A stretch of DNA of 64,000 nt. It comes from Paraspadella gotoi. Lineage: Eukaryota; Animalia; Chaetognatha. This document shows, one piece after another, positions 60,768-64,000 of the stretch; within the stretch, counting starts at the first letter, position 1; every line of letters begins with the position of its first letter. The translations under genes and the position numbers were made by a program. The stretch spans positions 17,896,992 through 17,960,991 of the forward strand of contig CM119267.1 of assembly GCA_051294375.1 (NCBI GenBank), written 5' to 3'. The notes under the pieces were generated by a model. It saw only the letters and a list, made by a program, of their open reading frames with translations. It made no database searches and was not told the origin of the DNA.

Positions 60768-64000
<3,233 letters not shown>

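Overview
Eukaryotic DNA, probably from an invertebrate animal: AT-rich, many (AG)n and (CGA)n microsatellites, short spliceosomal introns, N-gaps and stretches of unpolished-looking sequence. Most entries in the ORF track are low-complexity artefacts. Hand-splicing, with exon phases checked, gives five genes. (1) A minus-strand Ig-superfamily protein (16067-11026) with a signal peptide, a His-rich N-terminus, a 1-bp frameshift and an acidic insertion inside its last Ig domain. (2) A plus-strand, probably secreted thrombospondin type-1 repeat (TSR) protein (~41.7-47.3 kb) whose first TSR is split by a 256-aa Met/Gly/His-rich insert. (3) An 18-exon divergent SLC22-like transporter (48337-55511) with GC-AG intron(s) and an expanded central loop. 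(4) A convergent 5-exon SLC17/sialin-like transporter (57957-55800). (5) The 3' part of an unidentified minus-strand gene at the right edge. Non-coding features include a hAT-type MITE with an 8-bp TSD, a palindromic MITE-like hairpin, a dispersed ~320-bp repeat family, and a 3.3-3.7-kb inverted duplication around 6.8 kb of poly-T-like sequence that is most likely a long-read foldback artefact. The most unusual biology is the pair of extracellular proteins in which canonical folds carry large low-complexity, possibly metal-binding inserts; the metal-binding role is inference.
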